This document shows, piece by piece, positions 9,113 through 17,678 of a stretch of DNA of 33,550 nucleotides; position 1 is the first letter of the stretch; the number at the start of each line of letters is the position of its first letter. Location: NCBI GenBank assembly GCA_041082215.1, contig JBDOIF010000159.1, positions 1 through 33,550 of the forward strand, written 5' to 3'. This stretch comes from Anaerolineae bacterium (GTDB lineage: Bacteria > Chloroflexota > Anaerolineae > B4-G1 > DUEL01). The notes below the pieces were generated by a model. That model searched no databases. It saw only the letters and a list, made by a program, of their open reading frames with translations, and had not been told where the DNA came from. The position numbers and the translations under genes are program-made.

Positions 9113-10876
9113 ATGGCAAAGGAAGTCACCCCTGAACCCACAAACGGATTGACAGCACACCTGCAGGAGCGGTTCCCCGGCGCGGTGGAGCCAGCTCCGG
9201 AACCCTACCAGGGACTGATCGTCAGCCGGGACCGGCTGGTAGAGGTCGCCACCTACCTGCGCGACGAACTGGGCTACAGCTACCTCTCCAGTGTCACTGG
9301 AGTGGACTACCCCGAAGGGACCAATGGCCTTCCACCCCGCTTCGAGACGGTCTACCACCTCTTCCAGCCCACCGGTGGCCCCCTCGTCCTCCACGTCCAC
9401 GCCGACCGGGAGGACCCAACCGTCCCCTCCCTGGTCCCCGTCTTCCCCTCCGCTCTCTTCCAGGAACGGGAGGCGTGGGACCTGATGGGGATCCGGTTTG
9501 AGGGGCACCCGGACCTGCGGCGCATTCTTCTCTGGGAGGGGTTCGACGGCCATCCCCTGCGCAAGGACTGGCACGAACCCTATTACGAGCAGGAGCACAA
9601 GCCCTTCGACAGCCGTTTCCCGGAGGGACACCCCGTGCCCGCAGAGGAGCGGACGCCGCTGAAGCAGAACCTCCGCTACCCTCCGGGCTGGTCCCCCCGG
9701 GGATGGCGGCCGATGGCCGACGTCTGGGGGTACGGCCCCCACGACGAGGTAGCCCAGCAGAAGAACCCCGCCCACCCTGTGGACCGGGTGGTGCTGAATA
9801 TGGGCCCCCATCACCCCAGCACCCACGGCGTCCTCCGGCTGCTGGTCACCCTGGAGGGGGAGACCATTCAGAAGATCGAGCCGATCGTCGGCTTTCTCCA
9901 CCGCTGCCACGAGAAGATCGGCGAGCGGAACACGTGGCTGGGCAATATGCCCTACACCGACCGGCTGGACTATGTCTGCTCGATGTCCAACAACCTGGGA
10001 TACGCTATCGCGGTGGAAAAGCTGCTGGATGTGGAAGTGCCGGAGCGGGCAGAGTACATCCGGGTCATCATGGCCGAGTTCACCCGTTTCCTCAACCACG
10101 CCGTTTCCATCGGCTTCACCGGCAACGACCTGGGCATCTACTTCACGGCGATGCTCTACGCGCTGGAGGAGCGGGAGCTGATCCTGGACCTCTTCGAGAT
10201 GACGGCCGGTTCCCGGATGATGTGCAACTACATGCGGTTCGGCGGCGTGGCCCACGATATGTCCGAAGAGGCCGTCGCCCTGGCCCGCGAGCTGGCCTTC
10301 GAGCGGCTGCCCCGGTTCGTGGATAAGCTGGAGGCCTTCTTCACCGACAACGAACTCTTCCGCGCACGGACCATCGGCGTGGGCGTGCTGCCGCCAGATG
10401 TAGCCGTCGCCTACGGCTGCACCGGCCCCCTCCTGCGCGGCTCCGGCGTCCCCTACGACGTCCGTCGGGCCGAGCCCTACTCGATCTACAGCGAGTTCGA
10501 CTTCGACATCGTCACCGGCACCAACGGCGATGTCTACGACCGGTACCTGGTCCGGGTAGGGGAGATGCGACAGAGCCTGCGCATCCTCCAGCAGGCCCTC
10601 AACCGACTGCCCGGGGGCCCGGTGATCGCCAGCAAGCCCAAAGCCACCCTCAAGGTCCCGCCCGGAGAGGCTTATGGCCGTATCGAAGCGCCGAAAGGGG
10701 AACTGGGCTACTACATCGTCTCCGACGGGGGGACGAACCCGTACCGATACCATGTGCGCGCCCCTTCCTTCATCAATCTGGCCGTGATGAATGAGCTCTG
10801 CCGGGGACATCTGATCGCGGATGTGGTGATCATCCTGGCCAGCATTGACATCACGATGGGGGAGGTAGATCGCTGA
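9113..10876 (+). CDS. nuoCD: NADH-quinone oxidoreductase fused subunit C/D
   Basis: Nuo[30 protein letters not shown]. Nuo[44 protein letters not shown]. No NiFe-binding CxxC motifs. Confidence 0.93.
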   Translation: MAKEVTPEPTNGLTAHLQERFPGAVEPAPEPYQGLIVSRDRLVEVATYLRDELGYSYLSSVTGVDYPEGTNGLPPRFETVYHLFQPTGGPLVLHVHADREDPTVPSLVPVFPSALFQEREAWDLMGIRFEGHPDLRRILLWEGFDGHPLRKDWHEPYYEQEHKPFDSRFPEGHPVPAEERTPLKQNLRYPPGWSPRGWRPMADVWGYGPHDEVAQQKNPAHPVDRVVLNMGPHHPSTHGVLRLLVTLEGETIQKIEPIVGFLHRCHEKIGERNTWLGNMPYTDRLDYVCSMSNNLGYAIAVEKLLDVEVPERAEYIRVIMAEFTRFLNHAVSIGFTGNDLGIYFTAMLYALEERELILDLFEMTAGSRMMCNYMRFGGVAHDMSEEAVALARELAFERLPRFVDKLEAFFTDNELFRARTIGVGVLPPDVAVAYGCTGPLLRGSGVPYDVRRAEPYSIYSEFDFDIVTGTNGDVYDRYLVRVGEMRQSLRILQQALNRLPGGPVIASKPKATLKVPPGEAYGRIEAPKGELGYYIVSDGGTNPYRYHVRAPSFINLAVMNELCRGHLIADVVIILASIDITMGEVDR

Positions 10877-11421
10877 TGCGTGCCAGTCTTTACGTCCTCA
10901 AGGCGTTTGCCGTCACCTTTCGCCGTTTTGTCGAGACCTATATAGATGACCTGAAGTGGTTCTTCAAGGGCGGCTTCGGCAAGCGGTACTCTCCTGAAGC
11001 GTTGCCCGTGCGCCAGAGCCCAAAGGGGCGTGGGGTGTTCACCGTCCAGTACCCGGCCGAACGGCTGCCCCTCCCCGAACGGTTCCGCGCCTTCCCCTAC
11101 CTTGTATACGACGAAGAGACGGGGAAACCCCGCTGCACCGCCTGCGGCACCTGCGCCCGGGTCTGCCCCCCCCAGTGCATCTGGATCGTCCGCGCCACCG
11201 ATCCGGAGACAGGGAAACCGCTGAGGGAGCCAGCCGAATTTCATATAGACATCAGCATCTGCATGAACTGCGGCTTCTGCGCCGAGTTCTGCCCCTTCGA
11301 CGCCATCAAGATGGGTCAGGAAATCGAACTCGCCGCCTTCGAACGGCACAAGGCCTTCCTCTTGGATAAAGAGAGATTGCTCCGTATTGGGGAGAAGAAA
11401 GGACTTGAGTCAGGAGCCTGA
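10876..11421 (+). CDS. nuoI: NADH-quinone oxidoreductase subunit I (2x[4Fe-4S])
   Basis: TVQYP.E....PERFR, CTACGTCARVCP, CMNCGFCAEFCP.DAI. TGATG overlap with the nuoCD stop. Confidence 0.9.
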   Translation: MRASLYVLKAFAVTFRRFVETYIDDLKWFFKGGFGKRYSPEALPVRQSPKGRGVFTVQYPAERLPLPERFRAFPYLVYDEETGKPRCTACGTCARVCPPQCIWIVRATDPETGKPLREPAEFHIDISICMNCGFCAEFCPFDAIKMGQEIELAAFERHKAFLLDKERLLRIGEKKGLESGA

Positions 11422-12253
11422 GAAGGATTTGGATCAGGAGCACAGAGAAGAGCCGACGCCCGTCGTTGGTGTACGGTTCCAAAAAGGTGGCAGGGTCTAC
11501 ACTTTTACCCCCGGCGAGTGTAAGGACCTGACCCCCGGCGACTTTGTTATTGTGGACACGGCCTGGGGACGTCAGATCGGGCAGGTTGCTTTTGTCCACC
11601 AGCTCCCGGCCGAGCACCAACGGAATGACCTGAAGCCGGTCCTCCGCCGGGCCACCGGCGCCGACCTCGCCCTGCGCCAGCAACTGGAAGACAAGGCCAG
11701 ACAGGCACTGGATGAGGCCCGCGCACTGGCGAGAAAAAAGTCCCTCCCCATCAAGTTCGCCTCTGCCGAGTACACTCTGGACGGCAAGAGGCTCACGATC
11801 CTCTACGAGTCCGAACTGAAGGAAGGTGTACAGGAACTCCAGCAGCAACTGGCCCAACTCCTGCGGGTGCGCGTGGAGCTCCGACAGATCGGGCCGCGGG
11901 ACCAGGCCAAGCTGCTCGGAGGTTATGGAGCCTGCGGCGAACCCCGCTGCTGCTCCCGCTTCCTCTCCGAGTTCTGCCCTGTCTCTATCCGTATGGCCAA
12001 GACCCAGGAGGTCTCCCTCACCCCCTCCGAGATCACCGGCATGTGCGGGCGACTCCGCTGTTGCCTGATCTACGAGTACGAAATGTACCAGGAAGTCTCC
12101 AGGGAACTGCCCAAACGAAAAGCCCGGGTCCGTACTCCCTACGGCATCGGTAAGGTTGTAGGGCTGTTGCCACTGAAGGAAGCCGTCATCGTCCAGGTCA
12201 AGGACCGCCGGGTCGAGGTGCCTGCGGAGGAGGTCGAGGTCATCCCCGCATAA
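11405..12253 (+). CDS. ricT: PSP1-domain protein (YaaT/RicT, stage 0 sporulation family)
   Basis: VGVRFQKGGRVYTF, RVELRQIGPRD.AK..GG.G.CG...CC, MAKTQ..SL.P..I.G.CGRL.CCL.YE. TTG 11405 chosen (GGAG 10 nt upstream); the ORF track start at 11387 is an alternative. Overlaps the nuoI end. Confidence 0.85.
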   Translation: MSQEPEKDLDQEHREEPTPVVGVRFQKGGRVYTFTPGECKDLTPGDFVIVDTAWGRQIGQVAFVHQLPAEHQRNDLKPVLRRATGADLALRQQLEDKARQALDEARALARKKSLPIKFASAEYTLDGKRLTILYESELKEGVQELQQQLAQLLRVRVELRQIGPRDQAKLLGGYGACGEPRCCSRFLSEFCPVSIRMAKTQEVSLTPSEITGMCGRLRCCLIYEYEMYQEVSRELPKRKARVRTPYGIGKVVGLLPLKEAVIVQVKDRRVEVPAEEVEVIPA

Positions 12254-12299
12254 CGCCGACCGGTCTACAACACTACAACACTTCCACCCCCAGTAGCCT

Positions 12300-13004
12300 A
12301 TGGCAGAAGAGAACCAGCAACGGGTTATGGTCATCCTCGCCCACCCCGACGACCCCGAGTTTCTCTGTGGGGGAACCGTGGGACGGTGGGCACAGGAAGG
12401 CCGGGAGATCATCTACGTTCTGGCGACCCACGGAGAACGCGGGGCGGACGACCCCCATATGTCGCCAGAAGAATTGGCCCGTATCCGAGAAGGGGAGCAA
12501 CGGGCCGCCGCCCGGATCCTTGGGGTACGGGAGGTCGTCTTCCTCAACCACCCGGACGGCTCCGTTACCCCAACTCTGGAGCTACGCCGGGACCTGGCCC
12601 GCCAGATCCGCCGCTTCCGCCCCGATATCGTCATCACATCCGACCCCACCGTCCGTTATCACCCCCACTACCTCAACCACCCCGACCACCGGGCCGTGGG
12701 GGATGCAGCACTGGATGCCGTCTTCCCGGACGCCCGCAACCCCCTCCAGTTCCCCGAACTGCTTCAGGAAGGGCTGATGCCCCACCGCGTCCACACCGTC
12801 TACCTGGCAGGAACGTCGGACCCGGACACGGAGGTTGACATTTCTGAGACCTTCCCCAAGAAGCTGGAGGCTCTCCGACAGCACCGCTCCCAGATCGCCG
12901 ATTTCGAACAACTGGAGAAGCGGCTCAGGGAACGGCACCGGGTCGAGGGCGAGGACGGCTCCCCCCGCTACGTCGAGCGGTTCAGACGGATCACCCTGCT
13001 GTAG
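12300..13004 (+). CDS. PIG-L/LmbE family deacetylase
   Basis: AHPDD, T.GE.G, R..E...AA..LG, HPDH, K..AL..H.SQ. Confidence 0.9.
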   Translation: MAEENQQRVMVILAHPDDPEFLCGGTVGRWAQEGREIIYVLATHGERGADDPHMSPEELARIREGEQRAAARILGVREVVFLNHPDGSVTPTLELRRDLARQIRRFRPDIVITSDPTVRYHPHYLNHPDHRAVGDAALDAVFPDARNPLQFPELLQEGLMPHRVHTVYLAGTSDPDTEVDISETFPKKLEALRQHRSQIADFEQLEKRLRERHRVEGEDGSPRYVERFRRITLL

Positions 13005-13097
13005 GACAAGCTTTCAGCTTGTCCTACAGACGGCTCGTAGCAACTGAACTGTAGGACAAGCTTTAGCTTGTCCCATAAATAGCTTGTAGCAACTGAG
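12999..13097. repeat. Tandem pair of ~50-nt GTAG REP-like palindromic units
   Basis: CTGTAGGACAAGCT-TTC-AGCTTGTCCTACAG (12999-13029) is a perfect 14-bp stem. A second unit CTGTAGGACAAGCT-TT-AGCTTGTCC starts at 13049. Each is followed by GTAGCAACTGA. Confidence 0.85.
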
Positions 13098-13105
13098 GAG
13101 GAGAG

Positions 13106-14920
13106 ATGCACGGCTATCTGGGCAAAATCCTGCGGGTAGACCTGGGGACAGAGGAGATCTGGGACGAGCCGCTCAACGAAGAGTTCGCCCGCGCCTTCGT
13201 CGGCGGCAGCGGCCTGGCCGCCCGCTATCTCTACGATATGGTGGACGGCAACACCGACCCGCTGGGACCGGAGAGCCCCCTTATCCTGATGACCGGCCCG
13301 CTGGTCGGCACCTCGATGCCCTCGGCGGGTCGCCTTTCCGTCTGCGCCCTCTCCCCCCTCACCTCCATCTGGGGAGAATCGAACACCGGCGGCTTCGTCG
13401 GCCCCGAGCTCCGCTTCGCCGGCTATGACGGGGTCATCGTCACCGGCCAGGCGAAGCGCCCCGTCTGGCTCTCCATCACCGAAGGCCGCGCCGCGCTGCA
13501 CGACGGGTCCGACCTCTGGGGACTGGATACCTACGAGACCCAGGAGCAGGTGCGGCAGGCAATGGGGGAACCGAAAGCCCGCGTCCTCTGCATCGGCCCG
13601 GCGGGAGAACGCCTGGTCAAAATGGCTGCCGTGATCAACGACCACGGCCGGGCTGCAGGCCGGACCGGCATGGGGGCGGTGATGGGCTCGAAGAACCTGA
13701 AAGCCATCGGTCTGCGAGGCACCGCCCAGGTCCCCCTGGCCGACCCGGAGGGGCTCAAAGCACTGACCCGTGAGGTCATCGCCGGCCTGGACGAGGACAT
13801 GGCGGCGATGGCGATCCAGATGGCCGGCACGGCCGGATATGTGGATATGGCGCTGATGTACGGCGATCTCCCTATCCGCTACTTCCAGAAAGGGGAATGG
13901 GAGGGGGCCAGCAATCTCTCCGGCGTGGTGATGGTGGAGCAGTTCCAGAACCGGAACACCGCCTGTTACCGCTGCCCCATCGCCTGCGGGCGAGAGACCC
14001 GCGCCCCCAGTTACGGCCTGGAGAAGGTAGACGGTCCCGAGTATGAGACCCTTGGGGCATTAGGGGCGCTTACGATGGTGGGCGACCTGGAGGCGGTGAT
14101 CTACGCCGGCCACCTCTGCAACCTCTACGGACTGGATACCATCAGCACAGGCGTCACCCTCGCCCTGGCCTGCGAGCTGTTCGAGCGGGGTATCCTCACC
14201 GAAAAGGAGACCGGCGGCATCCCGATCCGCTACGGCGACGCCGCCGTCCTCCACTGCCTGATCGAGCTGACCGGCCGCCGCGAGGGGTTCGGCGACCTCC
14301 TGGCCGAGGGGAACGCAGCCCTGGCCGACCATTTCGGCGTGCCGGAGCTGGCCGCGACGGTTAACCGGCTGGAGGTGCCGATGCACGACCCCCGCGCCTT
14401 CGTCGGACTGGCGGTCACCTACGCCCTCTCCCCCCGTGGAGCCTGTCATATGGAAGGGGATATGTACGGCGTGGACACCGGGCAGGGCCCCGCCATCGAG
14501 CTGGGCATCCTCCCCGGCGACCGCTTCGACACATCGGAGGAGAAGGGACGGATCGCCGCCCGTCAGCAGGCCTGGCGCAACCTCTACAATGCGATGATCC
14601 TCTGCCAGTTCCAGAACCCCGGCGTGGAACGGGTGCTGGCCGCCCTCAACTGCGTCACCGGTTGGGGGCTGGAGGCCGAAGACCTGATGAGGCTGGGCAA
14701 ACGGATCGTCTCCCTCAAGCGGCTCCTCAACCTTCGCCGGGGCCTCACCCCCGCCGACGACCGGCTCCCCGACCTGCTCCTCCAGCCGCTGGCAGAAGGG
14801 GGCACCGAAGGCACCATCCCCGATATGGACCGCCTCCTGGCCGGGGCCTATGCCGAGTACGGCTGGGACCCGAAGACCGGGGCGCCCACAGCAGAGACGC
14901 GAACAGCGCTGGGGATATAA
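13106..14920 (+). CDS. aor: Aldehyde:ferredoxin oxidoreductase (tungstopterin AOR family)
   Basis: GYLGKILRVDL, SPLT..WGESNTGG, IGPAGE, GRTGMGAVMGSKNLKAI, C..CPIACG, GPEYET, GLDTIS, RGACH, DDRLP. RBS GAGGAG. Confidence 0.93.
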   Translation: MHGYLGKILRVDLGTEEIWDEPLNEEFARAFVGGSGLAARYLYDMVDGNTDPLGPESPLILMTGPLVGTSMPSAGRLSVCALSPLTSIWGESNTGGFVGPELRFAGYDGVIVTGQAKRPVWLSITEGRAALHDGSDLWGLDTYETQEQVRQAMGEPKARVLCIGPAGERLVKMAAVINDHGRAAGRTGMGAVMGSKNLKAIGLRGTAQVPLADPEGLKALTREVIAGLDEDMAAMAIQMAGTAGYVDMALMYGDLPIRYFQKGEWEGASNLSGVVMVEQFQNRNTACYRCPIACGRETRAPSYGLEKVDGPEYETLGALGALTMVGDLEAVIYAGHLCNLYGLDTISTGVTLALACELFERGILTEKETGGIPIRYGDAAVLHCLIELTGRREGFGDLLAEGNAALADHFGVPELAATVNRLEVPMHDPRAFVGLAVTYALSPRGACHMEGDMYGVDTGQGPAIELGILPGDRFDTSEEKGRIAARQQAWRNLYNAMILCQFQNPGVERVLAALNCVTGWGLEAEDLMRLGKRIVSLKRLLNLRRGLTPADDRLPDLLLQPLAEGGTEGTIPDMDRLLAGAYAEYGWDPKTGAPTAETRTALGI

Positions 14921-15012
14921 ACCACAGAGACACGGAGGGCACAGGAGCGCAGAGAAATACCGAGAAACCCCGGAATTTTCCGTGAAACTCTGCATCCTCT
15001 GTGCCCCTGTGG
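14921..15012. repeat. Inverted-repeat cassette (CCACAGAGACAC...CTCTGTGCC(C/T)CTGTGG), copy 1
   Basis: Left arm ACCACAGAGACACGGAGGGCACAG abuts the aor stop. Right arm CTCTGCATCCTCTGTGCCCCTGTGG at 14988-15012. Related to 19184-19256. Confidence 0.75.
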
Positions 15013-15046
15013 CGAGAGACGATTCAACTGCGCAAGTCCTGTTTAT

Positions 15047-16039
15047 ATGATGGCACTTGCTCTCCTTCTCATCACCGGCGCGACCGGCTTTCTGGGCCGT
15101 AACCTCTGCCCATACCTGGTCGAGCAGGGATACCGGCTGCGGGCACTGGTACGCCCCACCTCCGACTACGGGTTCCTGCAAGAGCTGGGGGTGGAGCTGG
15201 CCTGGGGGGATGTCCGCGACCCACAGACAGCGATGCAGGCGGCCGAAGGTTGCCGCGCCGTCGTCCACGCCGCCGCTCGGTTCCGCTTCTGGGGCCCCAA
15301 AGAGGCCTTCTTCTCGGCCAACGTGGACGGCACCCGCAATCTGCTTCAGGCAGCTCGAAAAGCCGGCGTCGAGCAGTTCATCCATATCTCCACCATAGCT
15401 GTGGTCGGTCGGCCGCCGAAGGGGGAAGTGATCACGGAAGAGACCCCCTGCCACCCCCTGGACCCCTATCAGGAGTCTAAGCTGGCAGCGGAGCGGCTGG
15501 CTCTGACCTACCATCGGAACTACGGCCTGCTGGTGGTGGTCCTCCGACCAGGAGCGATGTACGGCCCCTGGGGTCGCTACGCCTTCAACCGCCTCTTCTT
15601 CGAGGATCCCCTCAAAGGATTGCCGGTCCAGGTCCACGGAGGCCGCCACGTCACCTTCCCCGCCTACGTAAAGGACGTAGCCTGGGCGGTAGGGGCCGCG
15701 CTGGAGCGGGGACGCCCCGGCCAGGTCTATAACATCTGTGGGCCGTGCCTCACCCACCGTCAGGTCGGCGAGGCGCTGGAGCGCGCCATCGGCCGCCGCA
15801 TCCGCTGGATCCCTGCACCCGGTTGGGGAATGGTCGTCCTGGCCCGGCTCTGGACCTGGCTCTCCCGCCTGACCGGCCGCGAACCCTACTACCCTATCGG
15901 CCTCTACCCCTACGTCTTCTACGACTGGCAGGTGAGCAATGAGAAGGCCCGGCGGGAGCTGGGCTTCGTCCCCACACCCTTCGATGAGGGAGTCCAGGCC
16001 ACACTCGACTGGTACCGCCGACAGGCCCTCCTCCCCTGA
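15047..16039 (+). CDS. NAD-dependent epimerase/dehydratase (extended SDR, HpnA/dihydroflavonol reductase-like)
   Basis: ITGATGFLG, GDVRD, HAAA, NVDGT.N, YQESK, LRPG.MYGP, KARRELG. Confidence 0.88.
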   Translation: MMALALLLITGATGFLGRNLCPYLVEQGYRLRALVRPTSDYGFLQELGVELAWGDVRDPQTAMQAAEGCRAVVHAAARFRFWGPKEAFFSANVDGTRNLLQAARKAGVEQFIHISTIAVVGRPPKGEVITEETPCHPLDPYQESKLAAERLALTYHRNYGLLVVVLRPGAMYGPWGRYAFNRLFFEDPLKGLPVQVHGGRHVTFPAYVKDVAWAVGAALERGRPGQVYNICGPCLTHRQVGEALERAIGRRIRWIPAPGWGMVVLARLWTWLSRLTGREPYYPIGLYPYVFYDWQVSNEKARRELGFVPTPFDEGVQATLDWYRRQALLP

Positions 16040-16054
16040 CTTTCCTCTCTCCCT

Positions 16055-16086
16055 TCTCCGCGTCCCCGCATCTCCGCATCCCCATA
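16055..16086 (+). repeat. 8-nt tandem array TCTCCGCG TCCCCGCA TCTCCGCA TCCCCATA
   Basis: Read directly in the epimerase-purB spacer. Confidence 0.65.
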
Positions 16087-16103
16087 CCCCTCCTCCAGGA
16101 ATG

Positions 16104-16112
16104 TGGTACAAT
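16104..16112 (+). promoter_or_regulatory. Extended -10 promoter giving a leaderless purB transcript
   Basis: TGG-TACAAT, with ATG 16120 7 nt downstream and no SD in between. Confidence 0.6.
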
Positions 16113-16119
16113 ATCCCTG

Positions 16120-17526
16120 ATGTTCGATCATGAAACCTATCTCTCGCCGTTCACCTGGCGATACGGCTCGGCCGAGATGCGGAGCATCTGGAGCGAGGCC
16201 CATCGGCGCAGGCTGTGGCGTCACATCTGGGTGGCGCTGGCGAAAGCCCAGCAGGAGGCTGGCCTGGTCACCCCCGAGCAGGTAGCCGACCTGGAAGCCC
16301 GTCAGGATCAGGTGGACATCGAACGGGCGACCCAACTGGAGGCGGAGCTGCGCCACGACCTGATGGCCGAGCTGCAGGCCTTCGCCGAGCAGTGCCCCGT
16401 CGGCGCTCCCATCCTCCACCTGGGGGCGACCAGCGAGGATGTGAAGGACAACGCCGACGTGCTGCGCATCCGGGAATCGCTCGTCCTGATCCGGCAGCGG
16501 CTGACTGACCTGCTGCTCGCCCTGGCCGACCGCATCGAGGAGACGGCCGACCTGGCCTGTATGGGTTACACCCACCTCCAGCCGGCCGAGCCCACCACCG
16601 TCGGCTACCGGCTGGCCCAATACGGCCAGGACCTGCTGGCCGATCTGGGGGAGGTGGACCGCCTGCTGATGGAGGTGCGGGGCAAGGGGTTCAAGGGAGC
16701 TGTGGGGACCTCCGCCTCCTATGCCCAGCTCCTGGCCGGCACAGGATGGACCCCCGCCGAGCTGGAGCGGCGGGCGATGGAGTTCCTGGGGCTGGAGGCC
16801 TACCCGGTTGCCACCCAGGTCTGCCCTCGCAAGCAGGACTGGCGGGTGCTGACGGTGCTGGCGGGGGTCGCGCAGAGCCTGCACCGCTTCGCCTTCGACC
16901 TGCGATTGCTTCAGTCCCCAGCCATCGGCGAATGGAGCGAGCCTTTCGGCCGCGCCCAGGTCGGCTCCAGCGCGATGCCGTTCAAGCGGAACCCGATCAC
17001 GGCCGAGAACATCTGCTCCCTGGCCCGGTACGTGGCCGCGCTGCCGGCTGTGGCCTGGCAGAACGGGGCCGAGTCGCTCCTGGAGCGCACGCTGGACGAC
17101 TCGGCCAACCGCCGCCTGACCCTCTCCGATGCATTCCTGGCGACCGATGAGATGCTGGTCCGCGCCGCCCGGCTTGTGCGCGGGCTGGTACTGGACCGGG
17201 TAGCCATCGCCCGCAACCTGGACGCCCACGCTCCCTTCGCCGCCACCGAGCGGCTTCTGATGGAGCTGGTCAAAGCAGGCGCAGATCGGCAGGAGATGCA
17301 CGAACGGCTGCGGCAGCACTCGATGGCCGCCTGGGAGGCGGTGCGGGTCGGCCACCCCAATCCGCTGGCCGGTCGGCTGGCAGAGGACCCCCGGTTGCTG
17401 GCCTACCTGTCACAGGACCGCATCCGCGCCCTGTTCGACGTTTCGGGGTACGTGGGGGATGCCCCTGTCCGTGCCCGCATGCTGGCTGGGAAGATCCGAA
17501 AGCGGTGCAGCAGTGCAGGCTGCTAG
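16120..17526 (+). CDS. purB: Adenylosuccinate lyase
   Basis: Y.SP...RYGS.EM, RHDLMA, HLGATSED, GYTHLQPA.PTT.G.R, GSSAMPFKRNP...E, LERTLDDSANRR. Confidence 0.93.
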   Translation: MFDHETYLSPFTWRYGSAEMRSIWSEAHRRRLWRHIWVALAKAQQEAGLVTPEQVADLEARQDQVDIERATQLEAELRHDLMAELQAFAEQCPVGAPILHLGATSEDVKDNADVLRIRESLVLIRQRLTDLLLALADRIEETADLACMGYTHLQPAEPTTVGYRLAQYGQDLLADLGEVDRLLMEVRGKGFKGAVGTSASYAQLLAGTGWTPAELERRAMEFLGLEAYPVATQVCPRKQDWRVLTVLAGVAQSLHRFAFDLRLLQSPAIGEWSEPFGRAQVGSSAMPFKRNPITAENICSLARYVAALPAVAWQNGAESLLERTLDDSANRRLTLSDAFLATDEMLVRAARLVRGLVLDRVAIARNLDAHAPFAATERLLMELVKAGADRQEMHERLRQHSMAAWEAVRVGHPNPLAGRLAEDPRLLAYLSQDRIRALFDVSGYVGDAPVRARMLAGKIRKRCSSAGC

Positions 17527-17528
17527 CC

Positions 17529-17580
17529 TGTAGCGCGGACTGCCAGCCTGCGCGAAGCAGGCCCGGCGGCCTGCGCTACA
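17529..17580. repeat. GTAG REP-like palindrome
   Basis: TGTAGCGCGG...GCCTGC-GCGAA-GCAGGC...CTGCGCTACA forms an imperfect long stem with TGTAGCGC/GCGCTACA ends, right after the purB stop. Confidence 0.75.
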
Positions 17581-17615
17581 TGGGCAGGTAAATGTCACTA
17601 CCTGCGCTATCATGA

Positions 17616-17678
17616 ATGACACGAATGGGCGAATCCACACGAACAAAAAACGCTTTCCGATCAGGCCATTCGTGTCAT
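17616..17678. repeat. 13-bp perfect inverted repeat with internal CGAAT periodicity
   Basis: ATGACACGAATGG (17616-17628) pairs with CCATTCGTGTCAT (17666-17678). Confidence 0.75.

Noticed and set aside
9113..10876. Group 4 [NiFe]-hydrogenase interpretation of the B-CD-I module
   Set aside because: The large subunit lacks both CxxC metal-binding motifs (has DRLDY and GEVDR) and the small subunit has the NuoB tandem CC.
12265..12288. CTACAACA x2 plus a degenerate third unit
   Set aside because: Too short to distinguish from chance and there is no second copy.
12999..13097. Mini CRISPR array
   Set aside because: Only two units, the intervening segments are short and partly repeated, and there are no cas genes. 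It fits REP elements better.
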